Shown: positions 30,082-40,687, counted from the first letter of the stretch. The stretch: DNA of 64,000 nt from an uncultured Nitrososphaerota archaeon (GCA_963703285.1 OY969807.1:1280001-1344000), one strand, 5' to 3'. Notes: a model not told the origin generated them from the letters alone. Translations and numbers: made by a program.

Positions 30082-31149
30082 CTACTCCCAGAGGAACCTG
30101 CCGTTCTCGTAGACGGGGGCGTCGTCGAAGAGGATGGTGCCGTGTGCCTTCATGCTCTTGATCATGTCGATGTGTATGTTGCTCTTGTTCTTCCCCCCGA
30201 GGTCCTCGAAGGCACGCCCCACCGCCATGTGGATCGTGTCCCCCATCTTCTCGTCGAAGAGGGTGTTCCTGGTCGCCTCCGTTATTCCCCTGTTCATCCC
30301 GATGCCAAGCTCTCCGAGGTGCCTGGCTCCGGGGTCGGAGGCTAGCATCTCGCTGAGGAGCTCGTTCCCGACTTCGGCCCTGTGCTCCGTTACCTCGCCG
30401 CCCACGAACTTCAGCCGCACGCCGCTTATCGTGCTCCCGAAGTACAGGAATGGGACGTCGAAGTAGACTTCGCCGTTGACGCTCTCCTCGACCGGGCTGG
30501 TGAACACCTCTCCGCCAGGGAGGTTCTTCAGGCCTGCGTCCACGATCGGCTTCCGTCCCTCGATGGAGAAGGAGATGTCCGTCTCGTCCCCGACTATGCG
30601 GACGCTCTTGGTCGCCGCCATCCTGTCCGCCAGTATCTGCATCCGCTCCGCCGCCGCCGGCCAGTCCCTGAGCATCGCGCCGTAGACAAAGTCGCAGTAG
30701 GCCTCGAAGGACATGCCCGCCTCCTGGGCCAGCGAGGGAGTGGGGTGGAGGGTGGCGTTCCACCTCTCCTTGCCCATGACTAGCTGGTTCAGAGGTCCCC
30801 GTCCCTTCATGAGCATCCCGAACTTGGCCGGCGGGACGTCACCGAGCTCCTTCGTGTTCTCCGGGGCGTTTATCCCGATGAACACGTCCGCTTCCCGGAA
30901 CAGCGCGAGCAGGGGGTCGGGATATGACAACAGGTTGCTTTCGCCCGCGTTCAGCATGAAGGCCCTGCTGATCTGCGCGTCTCCCATGGCTACGTGAATC
31001 TGTCCTCCGGCCTTCCCCACCTCCGCCGCTATCTCTGTGATCAAGGGGAGGGCAGTGCTCGGTGCGTTGACGAGGACGAGGTCGCCCTGCTTCACCCGGC
31101 AGGAGTAGTTGACGATTATCTTTGCATGTTCTGAGACCCTAGGATCCAT
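30082..31149 (-). CDS. M29 aminopeptidase (AmpS/PepT-like)
   Basis: NLPGGEVF, GELGIG, LFDEK, HMAVG, S.IHID. Confidence 0.92.
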   Translation of the reverse strand: MDPRVSEHAKIIVNYSCRVKQGDLVLVNAPSTALPLITEIAAEVGKAGGQIHVAMGDAQISRAFMLNAGESNLLSYPDPLLALFREADVFIGINAPENTKELGDVPPAKFGMLMKGRGPLNQLVMGKERWNATLHPTPSLAQEAGMSFEAYCDFVYGAMLRDWPAAAERMQILADRMAATKSVRIVGDETDISFSIEGRKPIVDAGLKNLPGGEVFTSPVEESVNGEVYFDVPFLYFGSTISGVRLKFVGGEVTEHRAEVGNELLSEMLASDPGARHLGELGIGMNRGITEATRNTLFDEKMGDTIHMAVGRAFEDLGGKNKSNIHIDMIKSMKAHGTILFDDAPVYENGRFLWE

Positions 31150-31314
31150 AGTCGGTCACGGTCCAGTCCGGGTCATTTCGGCCCCCCTTGGTCATTTAGG
31201 GATTTCGGCCAGGGACAGAAGTCCAAGGCCTTCTGCCGGAAGCTCTAGAATGGCCGTAGGGCATAGCACCGACCTGTTCGTCGGCGGTTAAATATGGCCT
31301 GACGCTAATCGTTC

Positions 31315-32184
31315 GTGGAAGTCGGGTCGGTTCGACGCGGAAGCGATGGAGACGAGTCTGATGCACCCAGGTCTGGCGCAAGAAAGTTCGAGCCGCTGGA
31401 CGTTCGAATCGCACTGCACGAGAAGGCGGTCGCGCTACGGCAAAAGGGCTGCACGTACAGACAGATCGCGGACACAATCGAACGGGATTCAGGCATCAGG
31501 CTCTGCAAGAAGACAATCTCGAACTGGACGCGGGGTAAGACGAACCCGATTCGAGCTGGTCGCTCGTTCGTAGCCAAGCCCACCCCGGAACTCGCCTACG
31601 TGATCGGGGTGGAGACCGGCGACGGGTTCCTGAACGTAAAGGCGCAGACCTACCAGTACAGGATCAGGCTGAGGGCGGTGAACCGCGAGTTCGTGGAAGC
31701 CTTCAACCAGGCGGTCGCGAAGGTCCTCGGATGTCCCCCACACAAACTGTGGAAGGGAGAGAAGGCGAGGGAGACCGAGGTCGAGTTCGGGAGCTACCTG
31801 CTCCACAAGTTCCTGTCGCAGAAACTGGATGACTTGAAGCCATTCATAGAGTACGATAGGTCCTGCGCTGCCTCATTCATCAGAGGTTTCTTCGACTCTG
31901 AGGGATCCGTCAACACGCGAGAACAGCTGACGGCGAGCAATACTGATCTGAACCTTCTTCACTACGTCCAGGAACTGCTAAGAGGAAGATTTGGCATCGA
32001 AACAACGGGGCCTCACCTCCGTTCTAGGAAGGGCTCGATTCTGACCAATCGCGGGAAATCATACTACCGAAAGGCCAACTGTTACGACATTTACGTCCTA
32101 AGTTTGGGGAGAGAAGTGTTCTTTCGAGAAATCGGCCTGACTATTAGGAGAAAGTCTAACCGCGTCTCTCGCCAAATCATATGA
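31315..32184 (+). CDS. Free-standing HTH + double-motif LAGLIDADG endonuclease
   Basis: HTH (TYRQIA...TISNW), LAYVIGVETGDG and FIRGFFDSEGS. Confidence 0.88.
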   Translation: MEVGSVRRGSDGDESDAPRSGARKFEPLDVRIALHEKAVALRQKGCTYRQIADTIERDSGIRLCKKTISNWTRGKTNPIRAGRSFVAKPTPELAYVIGVETGDGFLNVKAQTYQYRIRLRAVNREFVEAFNQAVAKVLGCPPHKLWKGEKARETEVEFGSYLLHKFLSQKLDDLKPFIEYDRSCAASFIRGFFDSEGSVNTREQLTASNTDLNLLHYVQELLRGRFGIETTGPHLRSRKGSILTNRGKSYYRKANCYDIYVLSLGREVFFREIGLTIRRKSNRVSRQII

Positions 32185-32219
32185 TTATTATCATATGTAT
32201 CTCTATTTTGTGAGATAAT

Positions 32220-32336
32220 TGGCGCAGGGGGTGGGATTCGAACCCACGAGTCCTTTCGAACAAAGGATTAGCACAAAGGGGACATAGGCTTAGGCCTAAT
32301 CCAATCCTTCGCCATGCCAGGCTTGGCTACCCCTGC
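32220..32336 (-). tRNA. tRNA-Ser(GCT) with ~30-nt intron at ~32/33 (32274-32303), encoded CCA
   Basis: Acceptor GCAGGGG/CCCCTGC-G-CCA; long variable arm; removing the intron gives AAGGA-TT-GCT-AA-TCCTT; BHB-like pairing AAGG/CCUU and GGA/UCC. Confidence 0.82.
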
Positions 32337-32517
32337 CCTAGGAAGCACCCTGGATTTCGCTGATTTAAGAACTATCACCAGGGGTATTGCGAAGAAGTAC
32401 CAGCGAGGAGAATTTGTTTCGGCTCCAGTGCCGAAGCCATCTCCGGGCGTCGGATGACAAAAATCAGCCGATGATTGGACACCAACTGTCGGACTTCGGA
32501 AACGTGTATAGGCCTCC

Positions 32518-32817
32518 ATGCGCTCGAACCATTCGTTGCCAATCTGCCCGAAGTGCCAGAAGATGATCAGCGAGAGTCACTATGAAAGGCACCTCCGGCG
32601 CTGCGGCACCACCGCCGAGCACGAGCCCCAATCCCTCTACGTCCCTTCGGCCGCGGCGCAGGTGGAGAGCCCGGAGAAAGGGATTACCTATGGCCCTCCC
32701 GGTACGGACGAAGGCAAGAGGAACTGGAAGAAGTTGATTGGCGTCGGCTTCATCATATTCCTCCTGGTCGGCTCCTTGGTGGTTTTCTTCCTCCTTTACT
32801 TTTTCTCGTTGCTGTGA
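32518..32817 (+). CDS. Small Zn-finger protein with C-terminal TM
   Basis: CPKC...H...C and a hydrophobic tail. Confidence 0.55.
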   Translation: MRSNHSLPICPKCQKMISESHYERHLRRCGTTAEHEPQSLYVPSAAAQVESPEKGITYGPPGTDEGKRNWKKLIGVGFIIFLLVGSLVVFFLLYFFSLL

Positions 32818-32847
32818 CACCATGGTTCACCTTCCCAGCCACTAGAT

Positions 32848-33163
32848 GGTGGCAGCTCCGCCGGAATTCACCACCCCGACCTCCCCCAGTCCCGCACACT
32901 GGACGGTCCCCCACGTAGACGGAGCAGCGTGACCGCGTCACCTTAGGGCTGCTCCCTCCCGGACCTCGCCCGGTTCGGCAATCCAGAGTCAAAGCCCCTC
33001 CTTCGAGGGACCTGCTCCTCACGACCGCCCGCTCCGGCGTGAGATCAGCCCGCCCAAGCGCGTAGGTAGAAGGAGAGATGGCTTTACCCGACGGTTGCTG
33101 GCCTCCGCGTATAGCCGGTTTCAGATACGGGAGACGGCTAATCTCCCGGCCCTCCCCGCCACC
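32848..33163 (-). ncRNA. ffs: Archaeal SRP (7S) RNA
   Basis: Paired ends GGTGGC/GCCACC; ~316 nt; helix-8 motif GAACCGGGCGAGGTCCGGGAGGGAGCAGCCC. Confidence 0.88.
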
Positions 33164-33174
33164 GAGCCCGAGCA

Positions 33175-34107
33175 CTATTCTCGAGTATATTTAGAGTGTT
33201 GCTGCACGAGATTTTTCATCCTGCAGACGCTGCAGAGGCCTCCCGAGGATGGCTGGCCGCACGAGGCGCAGGGAACGGGACTGGGCCCCTTGGAGACGGA
33301 GAGCTTGGAAGACACCTGCAGCGCGGAGTTGAGCAGGACGTTCTTGATCCCAGGGTGACCGACCTCCATCTCGTTGAGGTAGTCCCGCACCTCGCTCCGC
33401 AGCGCCTCGTGCATGTAGGGGCAGCTCGCGCTCTGGAAGGGCAGGCCCGAGAGGTGGGCGTAGAGCGCTATCTCCTCCTCGTATATCTCCATGAAGGGCT
33501 TCACGCGGCGCAGCGCGAAGTCTGCGTCGACGACCTGGGGGTCGGTCCAGCCCAGCCTCTCCACGTCGCCGTGCATCAGGTTCATCATGAAGGTCTGGAC
33601 GTAGTCGTCCAGGTTGTGCGCCGTCGCTATCACGTTGACGCCCGCCCGGACCGCGGCCTCGTCTATGGCGCGCCGCCTGAAGACGCCGCAGATGCTGCAC
33701 GAGGAGACCTCGCGTTCGTCCTTCCAGTCCAGCGCCTGGTCGAGGTCGTAGCCGAACAGCTCCCTGTAGGACACGACGACGTGCTCCAGCCCAAGCCGCT
33801 TGGCGAGGTCGGACGAGAATTCGATGGACTCCTCCCTGTAGCCCTCGACGCCCTCGTCGACGGTCAAGACGACCAGTTCGTACTGCCTCTTCTCGCCCAG
33901 GGTGTGCAGCACGTGCAGGAGCGAGAGGCTGTCCTTGCCGCCCGAGACGGCCACGCCGACCCTCTCCCCGTGGCTCAGCATGCTGTAGCGGGAGATTGTC
34001 TTCCTAGTCTTCTCGACTATCGAAGCCTGAAAGCATGCTGTGCAGAGCGACTCGCCGGAGTACCTCCTCGTGTAGAACGACTCGCCTCCACACTTCGTGC
34101 AACCCAA
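33175..34107 (-). CDS. tRNA 2-thiolation protein (TtuA/Ncs6, TIGR00269-like)
   Basis: SGGKDS, CxxC motifs, HNLDD, terminal Zn fingers. Confidence 0.9.
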   Translation of the reverse strand: MGCTKCGGESFYTRRYSGESLCTACFQASIVEKTRKTISRYSMLSHGERVGVAVSGGKDSLSLLHVLHTLGEKRQYELVVLTVDEGVEGYREESIEFSSDLAKRLGLEHVVVSYRELFGYDLDQALDWKDEREVSSCSICGVFRRRAIDEAAVRAGVNVIATAHNLDDYVQTFMMNLMHGDVERLGWTDPQVVDADFALRRVKPFMEIYEEEIALYAHLSGLPFQSASCPYMHEALRSEVRDYLNEMEVGHPGIKNVLLNSALQVSSKLSVSKGPSPVPCASCGQPSSGGLCSVCRMKNLVQQHSKYTRE

Positions 34108-34172
34108 GTTGATGCCTCGAGCGACGAGGTGGATGAACGCTTAAAGGGTTCTCCCGTCGGCCGCGTCCTCTC

Positions 34173-35468
34173 TTGGCGACCGAGTACAAGCGAGTCACCT
34201 TCAGCTATGGCATCGTGATGGTGCGCACTCGCAGTGGCCTCTCCCTCATCGACAGACTCGGGAAGCGCAAGATAACCAAGCCGCTCGCCTGGATAATGCT
34301 CTACCTGATGCCGATCTCAGGTGGCTTGGCTCTCGCCATCCTCCTCTGGGAGGTCATCACCCTCCTGGGGCCGAAGGGCGCCGCGACGGCACACTACATC
34401 AGCTCCACCATAGCGCCGGAGGCGAACCTTCTGCTGCCTGGGATCAATCCGTACGTGCCCATCTTCTACGGGTGGCTCGCCATCGTCGTCGCCGTCTTCA
34501 TCCACGAAGCATCGCACGGCATAGTGGCGAGGTCTCTGGGGCTGCCGGTGAAGTCGGCGGGGCTCATCTTCCTCCTGTTCATACCGCTGGGCGCGTTCGT
34601 CGAGGTTGACGAGAGCGCCCTGAGGGAGACCAAGGCGAGGAACTCGCTCAGGGTCCTGGCCGCGGGGTCGGGTATCAACTTCATCGTCGGCCTGGTCTGC
34701 CTGGGCCTCCTTCTCTGGACAGCAACCGCCATGGTCCCGGCGGTCAATGGGTCTGGGGTGAACGCCGTCGACCAGCCCGTCAACGGTTCGATCGCCCCCG
34801 CGTGGAACGCCGGCATCAGGCCGGGAGACTTCATCGTGGCGATCGACGGAACGCCGAGCAACGACGTCGTGGCGTCCGGCGGAATCATCTACAGCTCCGG
34901 CTCGCTGACCTTCCAGCCCGGCCAGGTCATCAACGTGACCGTCTGGAGCGCTGGGAAGACCCACACCGACTACGGCATAGAGCTGGGAGAGGTGATAGTC
35001 AAGAACCTGCAGACGAACCAGACCACGACGTATCCCTACCTCGGCGCCTCCACGTACACGTACCAGTCCCTCGGGGGCATCGTCACGGGCTACCTGAACT
35101 TCTACTCGCGATCGACGACCTCATTCCTCCTCTACGTCATACCCCCGGCGTTTCCCGGCGTCGCAGGGTCGGTTCCCTTCTCGGATGAGCTGAAGGTCTT
35201 CTACACGTCGCCGCTGGGCCCGGCCACAAACGCCGTCCAGAACCTGCTGTTCTGGCTCTTCTTCGTGAACTTCAACCTGGCCATCTTCAACAACCTCCCA
35301 ATCTACCCCATGGACGGAGGACAGGCCCTGGAACGCTTCCTTGTCGGCGTGGGGAGGGGCAGGATAAACGACGACGTCGCGAACAGGATAGCCGTCGCGG
35401 TCACCCTGCTCCTCGTCCTAGTGCTCCTGACCGTCGTCGTGGGGCCGTACCTCTACGCCTACCTGTGA
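34173..35468 (+). CDS. Site-2 (M50) membrane metalloprotease with PDZ-like insert
   Basis: HEASH, GAFVE, NLPIYPMDGG. Confidence 0.92.
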   Translation: MATEYKRVTFSYGIVMVRTRSGLSLIDRLGKRKITKPLAWIMLYLMPISGGLALAILLWEVITLLGPKGAATAHYISSTIAPEANLLLPGINPYVPIFYGWLAIVVAVFIHEASHGIVARSLGLPVKSAGLIFLLFIPLGAFVEVDESALRETKARNSLRVLAAGSGINFIVGLVCLGLLLWTATAMVPAVNGSGVNAVDQPVNGSIAPAWNAGIRPGDFIVAIDGTPSNDVVASGGIIYSSGSLTFQPGQVINVTVWSAGKTHTDYGIELGEVIVKNLQTNQTTTYPYLGASTYTYQSLGGIVTGYLNFYSRSTTSFLLYVIPPAFPGVAGSVPFSDELKVFYTSPLGPATNAVQNLLFWLFFVNFNLAIFNNLPIYPMDGGQALERFLVGVGRGRINDDVANRIAVAVTLLLVLVLLTVVVGPYLYAYL

Positions 35469-35504
35469 GGTTGCCGGTTAAATATCCGAGGCGACTGACG
35501 GGTC

Positions 35505-35828
35505 ATGATAGCGTCGCTGCTGCCCCTGCTCGGCTCGCTGTTGGCCGCGGCGAGGCTCGACCCAAGCATGAACTCGACCTCCGGCGACATGGGCTCAATC
35601 ATACAGCAGTTCGCGAACGGCTTCACCTCGGACGCCACGCAGCTCCTCAACGCAATCGACGGTTCCGTGATAGACGTTACAAGGGTGGCGTACGTCACGG
35701 TCCTCATCATCGGGATCTTTCTGTACTTCACACACCTTCAGAGGCGCCTCGGCAGGGAACTCATCACAGGAGGGGTAGTCCTGGCGATCCTCTCCGAGTT
35801 CGTCTTCCCGGTCGTCTTCAGGGTCTGA
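35505..35828 (+). CDS. Hypothetical membrane protein
   Basis: Hydrophobic segments; host-like codon usage. Confidence 0.55.
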   Translation: MIASLLPLLGSLLAAARLDPSMNSTSGDMGSIIQQFANGFTSDATQLLNAIDGSVIDVTRVAYVTVLIIGIFLYFTHLQRRLGRELITGGVVLAILSEFVFPVVFRV

Positions 35829-36876
35829 GAGCGTATCTCAGGGTGGCGACGACTCCTCCGAACGAGGAGACCTGCTTCCCGACCTCGAGCGAGGAGTCGC
35901 AGAGGTGGACCGTCCCGCCCTTCTGTTCAACCGTGTTCAGGACCTTGACGACCCCCTCCTCGTCCGCGTTCCGGGAGAAGACGTCGTCGGAGACAAGACA
36001 CGAGTCGACGGCCCCCGCTTCTGCCGCGGCCCTCACCCTCGGGAGGGAGTAGGCGACGCGCCCGTCCCCCTGCCCTATGCGCTTGACCACCTCCTCCATT
36101 ATCTCCTGGACCTTGACGAGCATGCTGTCGCTGGCCACCTTCTTGAAGCCGCCGAACTTGAGTAGGCCCCGGACCCCGTCGGCGCCTGCGAGGTCGAAGC
36201 CGTCGATGACGACTAGTTTCTTCCTCAGGTCGGGGTCCTCACCCGCCCTGTTCGCCAGGGCCATCTTGGTGTGACCCGGGCCGGCTATCACCACGGAGTC
36301 GCCATCGCGCCACTCGTTCTTCAGGACGGCGACTATCTTCCGCAGAAAGGGTTCCGTGTCGACCTCCTGGCCCTCCTTCCCCGAGGCCCCCGAGTCGATG
36401 GTCGAGAGTATCGAGAGGTGCGAGCCGCTCAGCAGCCCCACCCCTGCCTCCCTCCTGTCCATCGCGACCAGCAGGAAGCGCCCCTCGGTCGACTTCGCCT
36501 CGTCGAGGATGCTCGTGTAGAGCGGCGTCCACCTCTCCTTCCTCAGGGTGAGCCCATGTCCCGGCGTGATCGTTACCGAATGGCTTCCGGACGTGCTGAC
36601 GCTGTCGTCGCTGGACTCGGTTATCCTTCCCCGGAGACGCAGCCTCCCCACGCTGCTGTCGAGGGAGACCTGCTCCACAAGGAGGGCGATCGTCACTTTG
36701 ATCCTTTCGCCCCGGTCAGGACGGGAGAATTCGTCCTCCCTCTTCGATATCCTCGAGCTCTTGGTGACAACGGTGTCTCCGGGGCCGATGAGCCTGCGGA
36801 GTGTCCAGAGGTCGTCCGGTGACTCCACGACGAGCGCGCAGATACCCTGCTTTGGGATGAGCTTCGATACGATCAA
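35818..36876 (-). CDS. pelA: Pelota mRNA surveillance protein
   Basis: ESPDDLW.L, AGPG, FGGVVATLRY; TTG start at 36876. Confidence 0.9.
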   Translation of the reverse strand: MIVSKLIPKQGICALVVESPDDLWTLRRLIGPGDTVVTKSSRISKREDEFSRPDRGERIKVTIALLVEQVSLDSSVGRLRLRGRITESSDDSVSTSGSHSVTITPGHGLTLRKERWTPLYTSILDEAKSTEGRFLLVAMDRREAGVGLLSGSHLSILSTIDSGASGKEGQEVDTEPFLRKIVAVLKNEWRDGDSVVIAGPGHTKMALANRAGEDPDLRKKLVVIDGFDLAGADGVRGLLKFGGFKKVASDSMLVKVQEIMEEVVKRIGQGDGRVAYSLPRVRAAAEAGAVDSCLVSDDVFSRNADEEGVVKVLNTVEQKGGTVHLCDSSLEVGKQVSSFGGVVATLRYALRP

Positions 36877-36889
36877 TGGGTCCAGGTCT

Positions 36890-38176
36890 CTACTCGAGGC
36901 CCAGGTCCCTGAATGTGCCGACGCGAAGCGTCTCCGGCATGTTCTTGATCTCCCCAATCCTGTGGCCGATCACACCATCGACCTTCGCCTTCGCCGCCGC
37001 GTCGACGAGCCTCTGCGTTATGATCCCGTCGAAGATGATGAACTTGATCCCGGACTCGCCGTCGACCTTCTGGACGAGCTCGCTGATTGGGAACCTCCCC
37101 TTCTCGGCCAGCGATTCGTCGAGCAGTATCGCCTCGAGCGTCCCGTTGAGCCCGGGGAACATCTCTGCGACCTTCTGGACCACCGGCTCCGGGGCCTGGG
37201 CCTCGACTGGTTGCGGCGCGGGCTGGGGGGCGGACTGCGCTGCGGGCTGCGTAGAAAGCTGGGTTTGCTCTCTGGGTTCGCGCGTTTCGCGGGGCATCCG
37301 CTGCTCCCTCGGCTCGCGGTACCCGCGCCTCGACTCCTCCCGCTCTCCGCGTTCTGGTCTTGACTGTCTCTGGGGAAGCTCGCCTCTCAGGAGCTGGAGA
37401 ACCTCCATCGGCGTCAGGTCCTCGACCTCCTTTCCGTGCGGCGCCCTGAGAACCCTCTCCACCCTCCCGACCTGCTCAAGCTCCTTCTCGATCAGGTCCC
37501 CTCCCCTGTCGCCGTCGAGCACCGCGACCAGCTTCCTCTTCCTCCCGAGGTCTATGACCGACTGCGGGATGGACGTTCCCTCGACCGCGACCACGTTCTC
37601 GACCCCCGCCCGGAGGAAGAGCACGACGTCGGCGCGACCCTCCACGACGTAGACCATCTCTGAGGTATACACGCCGGGACCCGCAGGGAGGTTCTCCACG
37701 CCGTAGCTGACGACCCTGGCCCTCTTGGTGGAGTCCTGGACGTCCTTCAGGAGGTTCTCGCCCTCGCTTGCGGTCCTGGAGCCCCACTCCTTCATGATGT
37801 CCTTGGCCCTGTCGACTATCTGCTTCCTCCTCGAGGCCCTTACGTCCTCGATGGTCACTAGCTCGACCCTGGCGGTGCAGGGGCCCACCTTGTCGACGCT
37901 CTCGACGGCTGCGGCGATGAGCGCGGCGGTGCTGACGTCCGTGGACATGGGTATGAGGATCTCGCCGTAGGTCCTGTCGTTCTTGGATTCCAGGTTGATC
38001 TCGATCCTGCCCACCTTCCAGGACTTCTGGAGCTCGTTCAGGTTCATCTCCGGACCGAACAAGCCCTCCGTCTGACCAAAGATGGCGCCGATCATGTCGG
38101 CCTTTTCCACTACTCCATCTACTTCGAACCTCAACTTAACGAGGTACTTTACTATAGCCGAATCTGGCAGTTGCAT
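36890..38176 (-). CDS. dnaG: Archaeal DnaG (exosome-associated)
   Basis: GAIFGQTEGL, VVEGRADV, DGDRGG, FDGIITQRL. Confidence 0.96.
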   Translation of the reverse strand: MQLPDSAIVKYLVKLRFEVDGVVEKADMIGAIFGQTEGLFGPEMNLNELQKSWKVGRIEINLESKNDRTYGEILIPMSTDVSTAALIAAAVESVDKVGPCTARVELVTIEDVRASRRKQIVDRAKDIMKEWGSRTASEGENLLKDVQDSTKRARVVSYGVENLPAGPGVYTSEMVYVVEGRADVVLFLRAGVENVVAVEGTSIPQSVIDLGRKRKLVAVLDGDRGGDLIEKELEQVGRVERVLRAPHGKEVEDLTPMEVLQLLRGELPQRQSRPERGEREESRRGYREPREQRMPRETREPREQTQLSTQPAAQSAPQPAPQPVEAQAPEPVVQKVAEMFPGLNGTLEAILLDESLAEKGRFPISELVQKVDGESGIKFIIFDGIITQRLVDAAAKAKVDGVIGHRIGEIKNMPETLRVGTFRDLGLE

Positions 38177-38248
38177 TCATCTCGTGTTAGCTAGTTATCC
38201 GAACTGAGCTTTACAGAGCCGACCGCTCTTTCTCCTTTATTTAAACTC

Positions 38249-38671
38249 TTAGATGCCCGCGGTTATGGCGATGAGCTCCGGCACCAATGGAGAGAAACGC
38301 GCGAGGTTCTCCACGTGCAGGAAGGTTCTGTGAGAGGCCCTCAACAGTCGCCTCCTCTGCTCCATCGAGACCTCGATCCCCCTGTGGTCGAAGAACTCGG
38401 CGTACCGGGCTGCGAGCCTCCTGCCTTCCTCGTCGAGGTCTGTAAGCATCACAACCCGTCTGACGCGCCGGAGGCCCGCGACCCCCCTCTCGGAGTGTAG
38501 GGAAGCCTTCGTGAGTATCTGACCGTGGTAGCCGAGGCCGACGAGCGCGTCCCTGTCTCGCTTCCCCTCGACCAAGACGGCGGCGCCTTCCTCCGCGAGC
38601 ATGTTCAGCTCACAGACGAAGGACGTGAGGAAGACGACGAAATCCTGGAACCTTCTCTCTGGCCCTGCCAT
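38249..38671 (-). CDS. Small Toprim-domain protein
   Basis: VEGKRD, LTDLDEEG. Confidence 0.85.
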   Translation of the reverse strand: MAGPERRFQDFVVFLTSFVCELNMLAEEGAAVLVEGKRDRDALVGLGYHGQILTKASLHSERGVAGLRRVRRVVMLTDLDEEGRRLAARYAEFFDHRGIEVSMEQRRRLLRASHRTFLHVENLARFSPLVPELIAITAGI

Positions 38672-38930
38672 TTTGAATCGCTATGTGGCCCGCCTCTGAA
38701 CAGCTCGACTCATCTCCCGGCTTGGAGCCGGCGTCGGCGAGCCTCTTTAAACGGGCCGAGAGTTTCTCACATCATCGACATAAAAATCTATCCGGGGTCG
38801 CAGCCAAGTCAATCTTGGTCGAGACATCAGAGGGGAAGGAACCTCGGACGTCCCTGGCCCTCGACGTGCGCCCTAGGTGCCTACTGAACTGCACCGGCTG
38901 AAGAGCTAGTCTACATCTGGGCCTCTCGAA

Positions 38931-40124
38931 TCAATTGCGGGCGATTGGAAGAGGACTCCACTCGTCCACTGTTCTCCTCAGGTTCATCGAAGCCGTTGCC
39001 ATTGCGCTGAGCTTCCGGTAGGCAATCTCTGCCGAGTTGAGAGGCGTCTCCGCGAAGGTGGCGAAACCGCAATCTGGGTTCAGGTAGATTCGGGATGGAT
39101 TGAAGTACCTAGTGGCTTCCTTCACTCGAGCTTCTATCCCTGCCGGAGACTCCACCATGTCTGTACGGGGGTTGACCACTCCGAGCCCGAGCTCCTTGCC
39201 GCCCGAAGATAACCCCTCCAAGACAGATAGGTTGCCTGCCCTAGCGGTCGCGAACTCGAGCACTAGCTGGTCTACCTTGATTTCATTGAGGTACTTGACC
39301 AAGGGCCCGTAGTCGCCGCTGAGGAGCGTCTCTTCCTTCCTGCTCCAGTTCCCCCTGCAGACGTGCAAGCACGTCTTGACGCCGCTGATTCCTTGGACCG
39401 TTTCGTTGACGAGCTCTGTGGCAAAAGTGAGCTCCTCCTTCGGCTCGACCTTCGAGGTTATGACCGCGCACATGAAGGTCTGCATCGAGGCCTCGCCGTA
39501 GACCACCTCGGTGAGGCTAGGCTCGTCCAGCTGGACTAAGGAAGCTCCCGCATCTCGAAGCTGGATGATCTCTTCCCTCAGGAGCCTGACGTACTCCTTC
39601 CCCAGCTCATCCCGCGAAGAGTAGCCCTTCTTCGATATCGGCTCAATCCAGCTAGCCCTCGTGAGCATGTACGGGCCGGGGAGAGACACCTTGATCTTCT
39701 TCTTGGTGTGCTTCCTCAGGAACTGAAGTTCATCCAACGCGAGCGATCGTCTTTTCGTTATCCTGTCGACGACCACGGGGGTCCTTATGGCAAAGGCAGG
39801 GACGTCGCGTGCCCGAAGCATCTGCTCGTACCTGGACTTGTCCTTGATGTAGTCCATGAGCTCCGCCATCGACATCAGTTTGATGCCGTCTAGTTTGTCA
39901 ACCACGAAGGAGTAGAAGCTATCGCGCCGCTGCTCTCCGTCAGTGATGATGTCCAGGCCCGCGTCCTCTTGATACTTGGCGGCAAGTAGCACCGCCTCGT
40001 CGGCCTTCGCCGAGAACTCGTCGTAGGTAACCTCTCCATCGTTCTTCCTTCTTAGCTCGTCGAGTAACCAGTCGGGCCTCGGCCAGCTACCGACGACACT
40101 GGTCTGGAAAGGTTCTTCGGCCAC
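38931..40124 (-). CDS. Cobalamin-independent methionine synthase II family protein
   Basis: VGSWPRP, TDGEQRR, QLDEP, HVCRGN, NPDCG. Confidence 0.9.
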   Translation of the reverse strand: MAEEPFQTSVVGSWPRPDWLLDELRRKNDGEVTYDEFSAKADEAVLLAAKYQEDAGLDIITDGEQRRDSFYSFVVDKLDGIKLMSMAELMDYIKDKSRYEQMLRARDVPAFAIRTPVVVDRITKRRSLALDELQFLRKHTKKKIKVSLPGPYMLTRASWIEPISKKGYSSRDELGKEYVRLLREEIIQLRDAGASLVQLDEPSLTEVVYGEASMQTFMCAVITSKVEPKEELTFATELVNETVQGISGVKTCLHVCRGNWSRKEETLLSGDYGPLVKYLNEIKVDQLVLEFATARAGNLSVLEGLSSGGKELGLGVVNPRTDMVESPAGIEARVKEATRYFNPSRIYLNPDCGFATFAETPLNSAEIAYRKLSAMATASMNLRRTVDEWSPLPIARN

Positions 40125-40140
40125 TTTGCTTCGCCCGGTA

Positions 40141-40677
40141 CTATCTCGTTATGCTTATCTCGGGAACAACGGTCACGTTGCGACTGAGCGTATTCCCTAC
40201 TGGCGAGCTCGCGACAGTTTCTTTCCAGATCTCATCCACGACCTTCTTGTCCGCCTTCGTCCTCGCATACAGTTTCGCCCTTATCTCACGGAAGCCGGGA
40301 TGACCTTTTTCACTCAGACCAAAGAAGGTCAGAATGTTGTCGAGCTGCCCTTCGACCACGACCTCCAGGTCATCCACCTTGACACCTCTCTTGGTTGCGT
40401 TGAGTACGAACCCGACGACGTAGCAGCCACCCAGGGCCGAGAGGACATATTCGACCGCGTTGGGAGCGGTATTCACACCCGCAAGGGTCGACGGCTCATC
40501 CGAGCTGAACGAATGCTCTCTTACGTAAGCCTCTGACTTGAAGCCGCCTTTCCACTTCACCCGAGCATTCCACTTGTTCAGCGGCGCCGCAGCCTCCGGG
40601 TCCTTGCTCACAACCGCAACTAGTTCCTGAAGCTTGGTCAGGCTGAGTCCGTTTAGCTCTGTTACTGTTGCTGACAT
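40141..40677 (-). CDS. OsmC-family protein
   Basis: DEP..LAG...APNAVEYVLSALGGC, SPV. Confidence 0.85.
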   Translation of the reverse strand: MSATVTELNGLSLTKLQELVAVVSKDPEAAAPLNKWNARVKWKGGFKSEAYVREHSFSSDEPSTLAGVNTAPNAVEYVLSALGGCYVVGFVLNATKRGVKVDDLEVVVEGQLDNILTFFGLSEKGHPGFREIRAKLYARTKADKKVVDEIWKETVASSPVGNTLSRNVTVVPEISITR

Positions 40678-40687
40678 TTCATTTCGG

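Noticed and set aside
31374-31395. att copy of the tRNA-Ser 3' end upstream of the LAGLIDADG motifs (TGGCGCA...TTCGAGCC)
   Set aside because: Only 7 contiguous bp match, which is expected by chance.
37190-37370. REPRE/QPAP low-complexity repeats
   Set aside because: In-frame flexible linker within DnaG; ordinary.
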